The translations under genes and the position numbers were made by a program. A DNA stretch of 61,959 nucleotides, counting the filler, from Porpidia crustulata (Eukaryota): the NCBI GenBank assembly GCA_964255105.1. It is 6 parts of 6 records of this genome, joined end to end, with 100 filler letters (N's around TTAATTAATTAA, not from the genome) between each part and the next. Parts side by side here need not be neighbours in the genome. Positions count along the whole stretch, not along the records: positions 10,354 to 20,600 come from CAXUWE010000806.1; positions 20,701 to 30,944 come from CAXUWE010000807.1; 4 more parts are not named here. The stretch is one strand, 5' to 3'. Under the pieces are notes generated by a model. It was given only the letters and a program-made list of their open reading frames with translations, made no database searches and was not told the DNA's origin. How positions within the stretch are numbered: position 1 is the stretch's first letter; each line of letters opens with the position of its first letter. Positions 10,748 to 21,660 of the stretch are shown piece by piece.

Positions 10748-11873
10748 ATGGGTCTCACGATTCGCGACCACAACAATATGCCAGTCACGCACGGCCGGCA
10801 AAGACTCGCAACAGGCGTCCGGCTGCATTACTACACCGCAGGCTCAGGACCAGCATTGATGCTCCAACATGGCGTACGACGACCCGTCCTCCTCTCATGG
10901 CAAAGACGCCCCTGACTAAGACATCCGCGTCGCAGATCCCAAAGACGAGCTACTACTGGCGCAAAGTGCTACCGTTCTTGACTCCAAAGTACACGGTGGT
11001 AGCCGCAGATATGCGCGGCATCGGGGACTCGACCCACCCCGACGGTGGCTACGACATGGCCACCGTAGCCGACGACCTCGCCGAACTGATGACCCACCTC
11101 GGCCACGACAAGTTCCACATGTGCGGCGAAGATTGGGGCGCTGCCGCGGCATATCAGGTGGCGGCGCGGTACCCGGAGCGAGTGATGAGCTTGGTGTTTC
11201 AGGAGATGCTGTTGCCGGGCTTCGGCTTGGAGGAGTGGGCGCAATTCAATCCAGATCGGCCGGAGACGCATCTGTGGCATGTTAGGTGGGATACTTCCGG
11301 GGAGGGCCTCGATACGGTGGGCAGCGACTGACGGAGACGGCAAAGCTTCTATTATGTGCGCGACGTTCCGGAGCTGTTGATAACAGGCCGGGAGAGGGAG
11401 TACTTTACTTGGTACGGATGTTCCGTGCTTGGTCTTGGTCTTGCCAGACCCGGTGCTGACGGTTTTTTCCCTTCAGGTTCATCAAGAACGAAGCCTACAT
11501 CCCCACCGGCATCGACGACGATGCCATTGACGAATACGTGAGCAAGTACTCCCAACCGGGTGGACTGAGAAGCATGTTTAACATCTGTAAGAGGCCCTCG
11601 TCTTCGAACGACTACTTTGGCTAATAGTTCTTCGCAAAAGATCGAGCAACGGAGTCAAATGTCAAGCAAAATAGGGAGGCCGCCAAGAAGGCCCTGGGCA
11701 TGCCGGTTCTCGCGGTCGGCAGCGAGGCGTTCATTGGTAAAGATGTTGAGAAACAAATGGAGAAGGTGGCGGGCACGGTGGAGTATCAGGAACTTAAGTT
11801 TGGCCATCAGCTGGCCGAGGAGTGCCCGGAGCAATTGGCAAATGTCTATCTGAATTTCCTCAATGCGCTTTGA
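10748..11873 (+). CDS. Alpha/beta-fold hydrolase, epoxide hydrolase/haloacetate dehalogenase class (5 exons)
   Basis: Spliced product MGLTIRDHNNMPVTHGRQRLATGVRLHYYTAGSGPALMLQHG-IPKTSYYWRKV...DMRGIGDS...GEDWGAAAAY...GHQLAEECPEQLANVYLNFLNAL; HG-x-P oxyanion motif, Asp nucleophile motif G-E-D-W-G, C-terminal catalytic His. Confidence 0.9.
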
Positions 11874-11969
11874 GGAAAATGTGGTTTATGCTCGTACTTT
11901 CACAAACAGATAGTCAAGAGAGATACAACATTGGAGTTTTTCAGCAGACATCATGCGCCGATAGACGGA

Positions 11970-13419
11970 TCACCATTTATTGTCAAACACTTTCCCATCG
12001 ACATGATTCACAAGCTCCTTGACCGGTTCGAGTTCATCACTTCCCCCACCGAACAGCATCCCCTGGCGCATGACGTGACGGTAGTTCCGGCCGGGCGACA
12101 CCTTCCCCAGCACATAGGGCCGACGATTCTCGGCGCGCGATGGCACGGGGATGGACCGGCCGACAATGGCTTCCATGCCCTGCCACGCGAACGTGATGGC
12201 TTCCTTGGCGCCGCCGGGGATTCCCGCCTCATCGAGCATGTATATCCGCGTCCGCGGGTAACTCGCCTGAATGAAGTCGACGATGTTGGGGTTGTGGGCT
12301 CCGCCGCCGCACATGAATATCTCGTCGAGGTCTTGCGACGGAGCGTAGCGCTTGTAGTGGTCAACGATGGCCTGAGCGGTGACTCGAGTGAGGGTTGCGA
12401 CGACGTCGTCCGGAGAAAGGCCGTTTCTCTCGGCTTTCTCGATCAGATTGTGCGCCAACGAGTCCCGAAAGACTTCTCGGCCAGTGGTCTTGGGGGGGTC
12501 GAGATGGAAGTAGGGATGCTCTAACATCTCGTCGACGAGAGCTTGATCCACATTTCCGCGCTTGCCCATCTCGCCGTCCTTGTCGTACTCTCGTTTTCCA
12601 TTGGAGAAATGCCGCACGGCCGCATCGATGAAAACGTTTCCCGGACCAGTATCGAAGTCGTAGCATTGATCGATGCCACCTCGGTTGTCTGGTGGGATGA
12701 AGCAGACGTTGGCGATACCCCCGATGTTTTGGCAAGCCCGAAGCTTGGTCGGATGATGTAGGGTAAGGGCGTCGAAGAATGCGATCAGGGGAGCGCCTTG
12801 ACGACCGGCAGCTTGATCACTGATCCGGAAATCCGTGACGGTCGTGATGCCCGTTCGAGCGGCGATGATCGAGCCCTCGGCCATTGTCAATGCGCTCTTA
12901 ATGTGCCCTGGCTCTGGCATCGACAGCAGCCAGATGGTTTGACCGTGTGATCCGATAGCATCGATGGTCGACATGTGGATTCCATATCGTTCCGTAAACT
13001 CCACAACCGCATTCGCAAATGTCTCTCCAAATGAGACGTTCACCTCCGACAGCTCTTCTGGCGTCGTGCGATTGTGGAGGATCATCTTCATCACGCGCTT
13101 TTTAATTATCTCTTCTAACGGTATTTCGCCATACTAAAGATAGATATTAGAACAAGAAGAGAGGACTAGCTCGAGGCTGCTCACTTTGAGCAACTCGAAA
13201 TGCATAGGAGAGCTGGCACTCTCTTGTCGAAAATGGCACAATGCACAATCAACGCCATCCTGTCTCGTAATCGAATGTCAGCAGGACACGATACCGTATT
13301 TCGCAGCAATGTCCGACCATAGAAGTACCACTGTTCAAACCCAATACCGTCAAGTCTAGAGGCGCGCCTGAAGCTCCATTGACGAGTCCGTTGACAAGTT
13401 CATTAACTTTGGAACCCAT
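11970..13419 (-). CDS. lgk: Levoglucosan kinase (anhydro-N-acetylmuramic acid kinase AnmK family), about 446 aa, 3 exons
   Basis: Exons 13419-13318, 13259-13185 and 13133-11970 give ...[22 protein letters not shown]...[13 protein letters not shown]...[21 protein letters not shown]...[14 protein letters not shown]...[13 protein letters not shown]...[12 protein letters not shown]...CGGGAHNP...[10 protein letters not shown]; long stretches match the Lipomyces starkeyi LGK sequence as I recall it. Confidence 0.92.
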
Positions 13420-14143
13420 GTTTGTGGATGAGACTCGATTTCAGCAAGGAGAAATGTTTTTAAGTGATCATGAGATCTTGACAGATTGGACTACTGGACT
13501 GAGACATTAGTCAGAGCGAGTTTAGAGAGCAAGAGAATAGAAGTCTCAAGGCTCACCGTGGCAATAAGTCAAGCGTCACGGTAGCCACTACAAAGGCGGC
13601 TTCTTGTCAACTTGGGCAGGGCAGCTCAGCTTCGGCCCACGGCCACCAGTCGAGTTGGAAGATTCATCGCTCGGGACAATCGGAGAGACGTGTTGGGCTA
13701 ATGATCCGCAGCAGCGATGCCATAGAGATGTCAAAGGCCATATTCGGCAGAAAGGGGTTTCATTCGTTGAATGCACATCCAGACAGGACACGCGGGGCAT
13801 GGTGGACCAGCCTGATTGGGATGCGATCCTCACCGATAATAGGTTAAACGGCTAAACTCCTCAACGCCTAAACGCTTGTTAAGCTTCGACGAATACGCCA
13901 CATTAATACGGTTCATCGTTTCTAACTTCGGACTAGGGAAGCATCTTTTATTCCTCTCAATCAGTAGATATTCCAGCGATGGTATATATAATTGGGATCC
14001 TAATCAGATGTCCAGGTCGAGCCACAAATCACATACCATTGACGAGACTGAAGCTAATCACACGGCATCTCTCGGACTTTCTGTATCTGCTCTGAGCTTC
14101 AACTCGAGCCGCGTGACTGGTAGTAGATAGATTGAGTATCGGA
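13420..14143. promoter_or_regulatory. Divergent promoter shared by LGK and the sugar porter
   Basis: 724-bp head-to-head intergenic; TATATATAA at 13983-13991, SYGGRG (CreA-type) GCGGGG at 13792-13797, CGGCTAAA at 13849-13856, CGG-N6-CGG at 13672-13683; short motifs, individually weak. Confidence 0.5.
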
Positions 14144-16126
14144 ATGGCGGTCATGACATGGTGGAGGAAGCTCTCGCCGCAACAGCTGAATGTCGCCGTC
14201 CAAGCCTTCTCCTTGATAGCCATCTTTTTCGAAGGCTACGACCAGGGGGTCATGGGAGGCGTCAATGCCACTCCTGACTACGTGCAAGAGGTGGGCATTG
14301 GCCTCCCAGACGGAACGGTAACTTCCACCATCCACCAAGGCGGGATCGTGAGCATTGTGAGTGAGACCTTTCCAGGCTATGAGCCGCAGGCGAAGCTATC
14401 ACTCACTGGCTTGGCAGTACTACCTTGGATGTATTGTTGGCGCTTTCATTGGGGGTTGGTTGGCCGATAAAATTGGTCGCATCAATGGACTTGTAATTGG
14501 AGCCTGTTTTGCGCTCGTCGGCGGCGCGCTACAAGCGGCCACGCAAAGCTCGTCCTTCATTTTGGTCGCACGAGTGGTGACTGGATTGGGTACCGGAGGT
14601 ACGTACCCATCACCGAATATAGGCAGATTTACTCTGACGTGCTGGTCTGTACAAAGCTCTGACGGGTATCACACCGGTCTTGGTGTCAGAAATGTCGACT
14701 GCGGACCATCGCGGTGGGTTCTTGGGGTATGTGTTCATCGCCAACTGTAAGATGCAGCCTTTCCCTCATGCCCATAGCCGGTCATTGATCCCAGTGGCAG
14801 ATCTGGGTATCTCGATTGCCTACTGGCTGTCCTTTGGATTGTCTTACGTCGACAATGGCTATTCAGCTGTTCGATGGCGTTTCTTGTTGGCATTCCAATG
14901 CTTCCCAGCGCTGCTGCTGCTTGCTGGCGTGAGACTGCTCCCGGACTCGCCGCGGTATTACGCGTCCGTAGGCAGATACGACGAAGCTAGAGAAGTGCTT
15001 GAACATCTCCGAGGAAATGGACCCGAAGTTGAAAAGGAGTTTGCCGAAATCTGTGTGGTTGCCAAAGATAGCAAGCCCGCGTCACCCTTGCAATTTGCAA
15101 AGGTCCTTGCGGGTCGAGGAAGCGGCACCGCACCACATCTCGGGCGGCGAGCCTGGCTTTCTCTCTGGCTTCAGATCATGGCTTCGTGGTCTGGCATTAC
15201 GGTCAGTCAGAGACCTCGTCCGATAGCGATCGGAATTCATGTAGGCTTACTTGAAGAGATCAGGCTGTCACGGCGTACTCTCCTGTGCTTTTGAGTCAGG
15301 CAGGATACAGCAAAACCAAGCAGAATGGGCTCGCTGGTGGTCTCAACACCGTTGGCATCATCGGGACCATCATCAGCGCTCAGATTGTGGACCGACTAGG
15401 ACGTAGGAAGTGTTTGATTGGAGGTTCTCTGGGTCTCTTCTCCGTCAACTTGATAGGTCTGCTTCGCACTGATTTCCACTATCCGAGAAGCTGTTATTGG
15501 ACTGACTATGGTCAGCTGCTGCGTTATATGAGAAGTCTCGCGCCGATCCCACGGCTTCGACACACATTGCGCCCGCTGCTGTCACCATGCTGTTCCTCTT
15601 CAATCTGATATATGCCGCCACCTGGGGTACTGTAGCCTTCCTGCTTCCCACGGAAATCTTCCCGTCCGAGATGAGAGCGCAGGGCAACGGCTTCGGCATC
15701 ACTGGTTGGGCCATCGGTGTGGGCTGGACAGTCCTGGTGAATCCCATCATGTTTGGTTCCATCAAGAGCCGGACGTATTTCCTATTTGCCGCCTTGAATC
15801 TGATCTGGGTGCCTATTGTGTTTTTCTTCTATCCAGAAACGTAAGGGTTCCCCGCAGAAGGGCTTGAACAAAATTGCTGACCATGTCTCAATAGCAAGGA
15901 CCGTTCGTTGGAGTCCATTGATGCCCTCTTCTCTTCGAACTGTCCCTTCTATACCAAGATGGAGGAGTCGTATCGGCAGCGAAGCGATGTCCTTGGTAGC
16001 AGAAAGCTGTCGGTGGCCGAAGCTGTTGACGCCGCAAGAAGCTCTTCGGTCGGTAGAGCCGGACATCGAAGGCCCGTCGAAGATGGAGAGAAGCTTTACG
16101 ATTCTTCACACAATTCCGCCGCCTGA
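14144..16126 (+). CDS. MFS sugar porter (Sugar_tr family), multi-exon
   Basis: Motifs FEGYDQGVMGG, ADKIGRINGL, ARVVTGLGTG, WRFLLAFQ, LPDSPRY, VDRLGRRKCL, PTEIFPSEMRAQGNG and FFYPETKDRSLESID across exons separated by GT-AG introns. Confidence 0.93.
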
Positions 16127-16230
16127 AATGTAATCAATCAGACGGGCTAACAAAATGCTTAATTGTTGTGATTATGGTGGAGCGCCACCAGCTGTCGAGT
16201 TCTTTATACATATCTACTGCTGCTGCGAAG

Positions 16231-18411
16231 TCACTGAGCGAATTGGTTGAACTCAGATGACCACGGCCAGTCGGCGAGAAGTTCCATGGGTAGTTCGAAA
16301 TGTACATTCCCATCTTGAATATGACCAGGCTCCGTCTCAGGAATAGATTGGTGGCCCTGAAGCACAGAGTTGGCACTGTAGTCACCATAACCAGAGACGA
16401 ATTGCTGGGACGAATTATCAGAAACCTTCTGAGGCTGGCCCTCTGTCCGCATGTACTGATCAATGCCGAAAATGATTGACCTCAATCGATCACCGGTTCC
16501 CGTCGAATGACTTAGTCCCACTTCGAGAGTAGCAAGTAGATCGGCCATGTCTAAGCTAGGCATGACTTCCCGTCAGTACGTGAACAGGCAGCAAAACGGG
16601 GGTACGAACAGGACCGCCCGGATCTGAAGGTAGGATGGCTCGGTCAGACGGCCTTCGATGGCCGAGCCAAGAACAGATCCGATCCCAGCAAGGTGATGCA
16701 ACTGCCGCCAAGATTAGCGCATGTTCTCCATGTACCTGACTATTGCGCGAGCTCTTTGACTTACTAGAGGACTTGATATTGCTCGCAGATACCGGACAGG
16801 TACTGTGGCAATGTTGGCCAACAATTCGCTAGCAAGTAAGCATTTCTGCTCTACTGATGAATGTCCCGTCGTGAATAGGACCATGCGGACGAGCTAAGGG
16901 TAGATTTAGGAGGTGCCTCGCCAATGGTATCACATCAAAGACCATACCTGGAGAGTAGCCGTGATATTTGCGGCTTGGAAGTTGAATCGGTCCTCGGATG
17001 CATCAGCCTCAACCTCGGGAGTTTCCTTGAAGCGTTGGGGCAACTGGTTGTAGAGCGCCATGACATGGTCTAGAACCTTTGCTTGTGAAGGGTTGTCACT
17101 CGTGAATAAGTCAGTCACGGTGGGTAGCGAGGCGCTGCGGCCTTTCAGTCGATGATATTGATCCATGACATGCTCGAGGATCCGATAGAGGTCAGTGGTG
17201 AAATTCCACCCTCGTAGCCAGCTGGATGATGATCCGTTCAACCTAGAGACCAGTGACGGGAGGTCATTTGACACTTGCGGGGCTATGGTTGTGGAGATGT
17301 GGATGCCAGTGTCGGAGAACCATTCATCCTCAATCTCACTCGGGTAAGACACTCTTGCTTGAGCCTCCCGCCAATGAATGATGCCGCCCCAGACGATAGT
17401 GGAGTAGACGTCCAACGTGTACATGGACCAGAACTAGCCATAGCAACCTGTCAGTACATCGTGGGTACTATAAAGGGGTACAGCGGACCAGTCTCCGGCG
17501 TTCCTCCATCTCAACGAGACCCGTCCCTTCAGGCCAAGCCGACTCGTCGTACAGTCGCTCGCCCGAAACAAGGGCGTGATAGATGCCCATGTTCAGCTGC
17601 ATGGCATCGATTCGTCCACTCTGAATCGAGAACAGCGCGAGCAGGGCGAACGTGCGCATGTAGTCTATACCTCGGGCGCTGCTAAGATCCTTGGGCACAG
17701 CGCTTTGCGCGGCAGCGTAGAAATCCTCAGAGGACCAGTAGTTCTGTGTACCTGGCACCCCAGCTGATGATGCAGCAGCGCCATCTCGGACGCGAGCTAA
17801 AGCCAAAGCACATATCACCATCACACAAGCCAAGAGCCCCTGGTTCGTAAGATATTCGCGGTTGGTGATTCGACGACGTAAGCTTGGACGATGGAAGAAA
17901 GGGAAACTACACGTTGCATGAGCGACATGTACGCAAGATACGGGGAAAATTGTAGGCAGATTTACATGGGATAGACAATGTCAAAGTAGACTTCTACCAG
18001 GGCACCAATTGTCTCCTGGTCTGGCATAGACTCTGCCCGCCAATGGCTGCTTGCACTGTGAGCGGGGCTCTCCGACTCGACGGCTGAGTGTACGCCATTG
18101 TGAGGCTGGAAACTGGCACTTTCAAGATTGCTGTGTCGTCGAGCTTCCCGTGTTTCTTGCTCTTCGTCATCTGCCAGGTCGGGTGAGCCCAGGGTAAGGT
18201 GGGTTGTGGCAGAAGGACCAGCTCTTCTCTTGGGTTTAAGTCCCCTCTTTTGGACTGGCCGTATATAGGTGCATTGAAGATCGAAGTCGATACACTTCTG
18301 GCATCTGGACGTGTCCTCGGAGCTTTGTTGGCATCGCGAACTTCTGCTATGGCAAAAGTCACAGGCACGCGAAACTCGTTGTAGCTTGCGAAGTCGAGGG
18401 TCTGAAGGCAT
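16231..18411 (-). CDS. Zn(II)2Cys6 binuclear-cluster transcription factor with fungal TF middle homology region (about 6 exons)
   Basis: ACDFCHSRSSRCQQSSEDTSRCQKCIDFDLQC fits C-x2-C-x6-C-x9-C-x2-C-x6-C; downstream YFDIVYP-FPFFHRP and EERRRL-FWSMYTLD. Confidence 0.92.
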
Positions 18412-18620
18412 CGCTATAGAAATCTATAACCTATCTTAAGAGCACCTACTCATGATAATGAAGAGAAGCAGTCGTTCGTGCGTTGTGTTTGATTGCATCC
18501 ATATGAGAGGAGGCATGGCCAACGTGTGGGTGAACAAAGACCTGATGGCTTCTTCAGAGTACATAGTAAGTAAGGTATAGTACGTAATACCCGTAGAGTA
18601 GGTAGATATCTCGTGACTTT

Positions 18621-18636
18621 GCGGGGGCTTCCGGGG
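18621..18636. promoter_or_regulatory. Tandem CreA/Mig1-type SYGGRG sites upstream of the Zn2Cys6 gene
   Basis: GCGGGG at 18621-18626 and CCGGGG at 18631-18636, about 210 bp upstream of the ATG at 18411. Confidence 0.4.
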
Positions 18637-19622
18637 TTCGGGCTGGCGACAGTCATCAGTACGAGTAGATAATCTCTTCCTCAACATTCAACTTCGCTGA
18701 GGTACGAGGTCTACTTCTCTCTTGTCATCCGTCATTAAAGAATCTGTGCTCTACTGGCGTAAAAGTACTGTGATCTGTTGAATCACGCCGATTGATAGAG
18801 TACGCCAGATCAATTGGCTTGACGCGAAAGCTTAGTTTTTCATCATCGCTACTTTTCTTTCACAAGCACACCGGAAGATATCTTGCTGAAGTAAGAAATA
18901 CGAACGGTATGCTTCAGCTAAGAGAAAGAGCCCTTAAGCGCAATACTCCACTTCTGTCTTTGTCAACATGTCGAGTTACAACTGTATTTGTGCACGACAA
19001 TGTTAAATCTAGAGAACTCCACGTCGGTCGAAGGACATATTGAGAACTCAGCTTCATTACGTTGATTATATCTCATTTGAAGACATAAAGACTATGCAGT
19101 CTCACACATCTTGCATATCTCGATTTTGAATAGACTTTACTATACTCCCTTCTACGTTTACCCTCTATACTACAGGCACAAGGCTTGAGCGCCTTTGCCT
19201 TGTACTCGTCTCTCTTATATCCCCTCCGTATTTCTATGGCATCCTGGAAGACCCTGCTTTTCTCGACATTCAGTTTGCCTTGTTTTCAGAGCATGCAGAC
19301 GACTGTGCCGCAGGGTCGCTATGGGCCCGCCTCTTTCATATTCAGAGCAATGCCTAGGATTACAGAAATAGTATCTATCGACTGATAATGTATGCTGTGT
19401 TGTCGATTTTGCACGCACTCGATTCTGCGAAGGATTCGATGAAACACTTGCGCAAGGCACATAGGTGGCGCAGCCTAGGCAGAAGCACTGCAAAACTCCG
19501 AGACTGCTATATACTACAATATCACGTTCCCCATATCAATTGTGTAACCTTGATTCTTTCAAGACTGATTCTTTTGAATTTGATCTCTGATACATGTGCG
19601 GTTGCTGTTGTCCGAATTGATC

Positions 19623-20141
19623 ATGAAGTTTCTCCAGGCATACGTTGCTTTAAGCGCCACGGTGCTGCCATCAATCGTGTTTGCGCGCCTCGATCCCCAA
19701 GAGCTTGGACTTCTTACAATGGTTACTAACTACACATTCCATTCTATTTGCAATGACTTCAACAATCCAGATCTCTTTTTCGACGAAGCGGTACCTCAAC
19801 CTATCCCCACGCCCTCATATCTACAACGAATTCTAAAGCACCGGAAATTCTAGGCATTATATCAATACATTATCGACTACAGCTCAGATCTTTACTCCTA
19901 TTATATAGCCGAGAGTGATGATGGTACCGATGGTCTTTGTAGTTCCGTTGAAGTTTCTACTATTGATTTGATGCAAGCTCCGAGAACTTCGAGTCCTACG
20001 CTGATACGAACAATCCTAGGCAAGACACCCCCCGACTTCGTATCTCAACAAACCGTCGAAGATCGTCGTCGCAGTGTCGATTGCAGAGACTTTGAACGCC
20101 AAGTGCGAAGTGTACGTCTTACTGCCTGTTCCGACCGCTAG
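19623..20141 (+). CDS. Possible small secreted orphan protein or gene relic
   Basis: MKFLQAYVALSATVLPSIVFA resembles a signal peptide; a putative intron at 19791-19853 keeps the frame open to a TAG at about 20141; no family recognised. Confidence 0.3.
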
Positions 20142-20600
20142 ATTGTCCAAGGCATATTCCAACACTAACACAACGCCCGTCTCACAGTTCTCAGAGAGCT
20201 TCAAGGTATCGAACCCGACCATGATCCAAACACGTATGATGAAGCTCATAGCGAAAACTTTAGAACATGACCTACGCAATCTCGGAAAAGGTCAGATACC
20301 AGCCGCAATAATCATCGATCGTACTAACGATAAAACAAGTGCTACCGCCAATGCCAACCGACTGGCTATGTCTGGAATGCAGCATACCAGCTACAGCGAA
20401 CGTACGAACAAAGCTACTCGGGCGTGAGTTCACTCTCTGTATACTGCATAACGAAGACCGTGAATAAGTTCCACGTTCTTGTCCGAATCTGGGGTTCACC
20501 TGCATCTGCGTCAAGTCCATGTTTTTTTACTATACGGCTTCTCTCATCACTCTCTCCATCCCCTTCACTCGCCTCCCCAAACCCACTCCCTTCCTTCCCT

Positions 20601-20700
20601 NNNNNNNNNNNNNNNNNNNNNNNNNNNNNNNNNNNNNNNNNNNNTTAATTAATTAANNNNNNNNNNNNNNNNNNNNNNNNNNNNNNNNNNNNNNNNNNNN
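20601..20700. other. Artificial contig spacer (N44-TTAATTAATTAA-N44)
   Basis: Identical 100-bp linker. Confidence 0.98.
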
Positions 20701-20819
20701 GAATTGAATCGGGGATAGATGAAAGAAGAAATGTTATTGCAAGAACGATCAACTATAATAAAGCTATGTAAATAAAACCATAACCACCTATCTTAAAGAA
20801 GGGAACACCTAGCCCTCAC

Positions 20820-21660
20820 ACAATCAACTTTTCATCCTCTTCACTCCAATTTCCTCAATCCATTCTCCACAACAGACTAAGATACAAGCACCGTATACGC
20901 TCCGTCATGAATCTACTCATGGCCAGAAATACAATCCAAGTTCCTTAAAACAACCTTCCTTTGCCGAAAATCAAAACACTGTGCCGTCGAAGTTTCCGAA
21001 TGGGGGCTCTCAACACCTTGCTGGTGCGATACTGAGCCTCACAGACATACATTATTGTTTCCGAGGCCCCCGGGGTGTTCTTAGAGGCAATGATCACCCA
21101 GTCCTTCGCTGGGGAATTCAGATAGTACGGTTACGAGCTAACTACTACCGTCTAGCTGTCTTTCGACGACGAGCTGGCTCGGAAACATAGCATCGTAAGT
21201 ATGGAACGGAAAGAAACGTCAAAGTCTTCAGCGAAGCACAGTAGCGGGCGGGCGAAAAAGGCGAACAAATACTATCGCGGACTAGTCCACGGGAGCTTTT
21301 GTTTGTGATTGTCGTAATTGTTGGTTTGAGAGGGCTGGTATCTCAGGTAGATTCGATTGGGGGGGTGGAGATGGGCAGTCGGTGAAGGTGTTATCGAAGT
21401 CAATGCTTGAGGAGGTGAAGATGTTGTTTGCGGAAAACGCGGGTGATGCTTCACTGTATACCTATTGACAGGCCCGCAGGATGGTGCTCGTGTCATACAC
21501 GTCATTGTAATGAAGTTTCCCGATTCCTCCCGCGGTGTAGGTGTACTACGGCAATTTGAGCTTGAGTGGATTAACGACAATGTGACTGTAGATACATAAG
21601 CGGATTTCGAGTAGAAGGGAGAGAAGAGATTTTCGGGCATCAATTATGACTTTGGAATGA
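20820..21660 (-). pseudogene. F-box-like fungal protein pseudogene
   Basis: One frame reads SLLSLLLEIRLCIYSHIV...LP*YTY...STILRACQ*VYSEASPAFSANNIF, matching the L-P-x-E-I-R-x-x-I-Y and I-L-R-x-C-x-Q-x-Y-x-E-A motifs of fungal F-box-like proteins; in-frame TAG at 21546-21548 and 21462-21464; boundaries approximate. Confidence 0.6.

Noticed and set aside
11931..12761. Long + strand ORFs antisense to LGK
   Set aside because: Shadow ORFs of a GC-rich coding strand with no recognisable motifs
11970..13419. Bacterial anmK gene or bacterial contaminant contig
   Set aside because: Two spliceosomal introns, intron-containing fungal neighbours, and a match to the fungal LGK subtype
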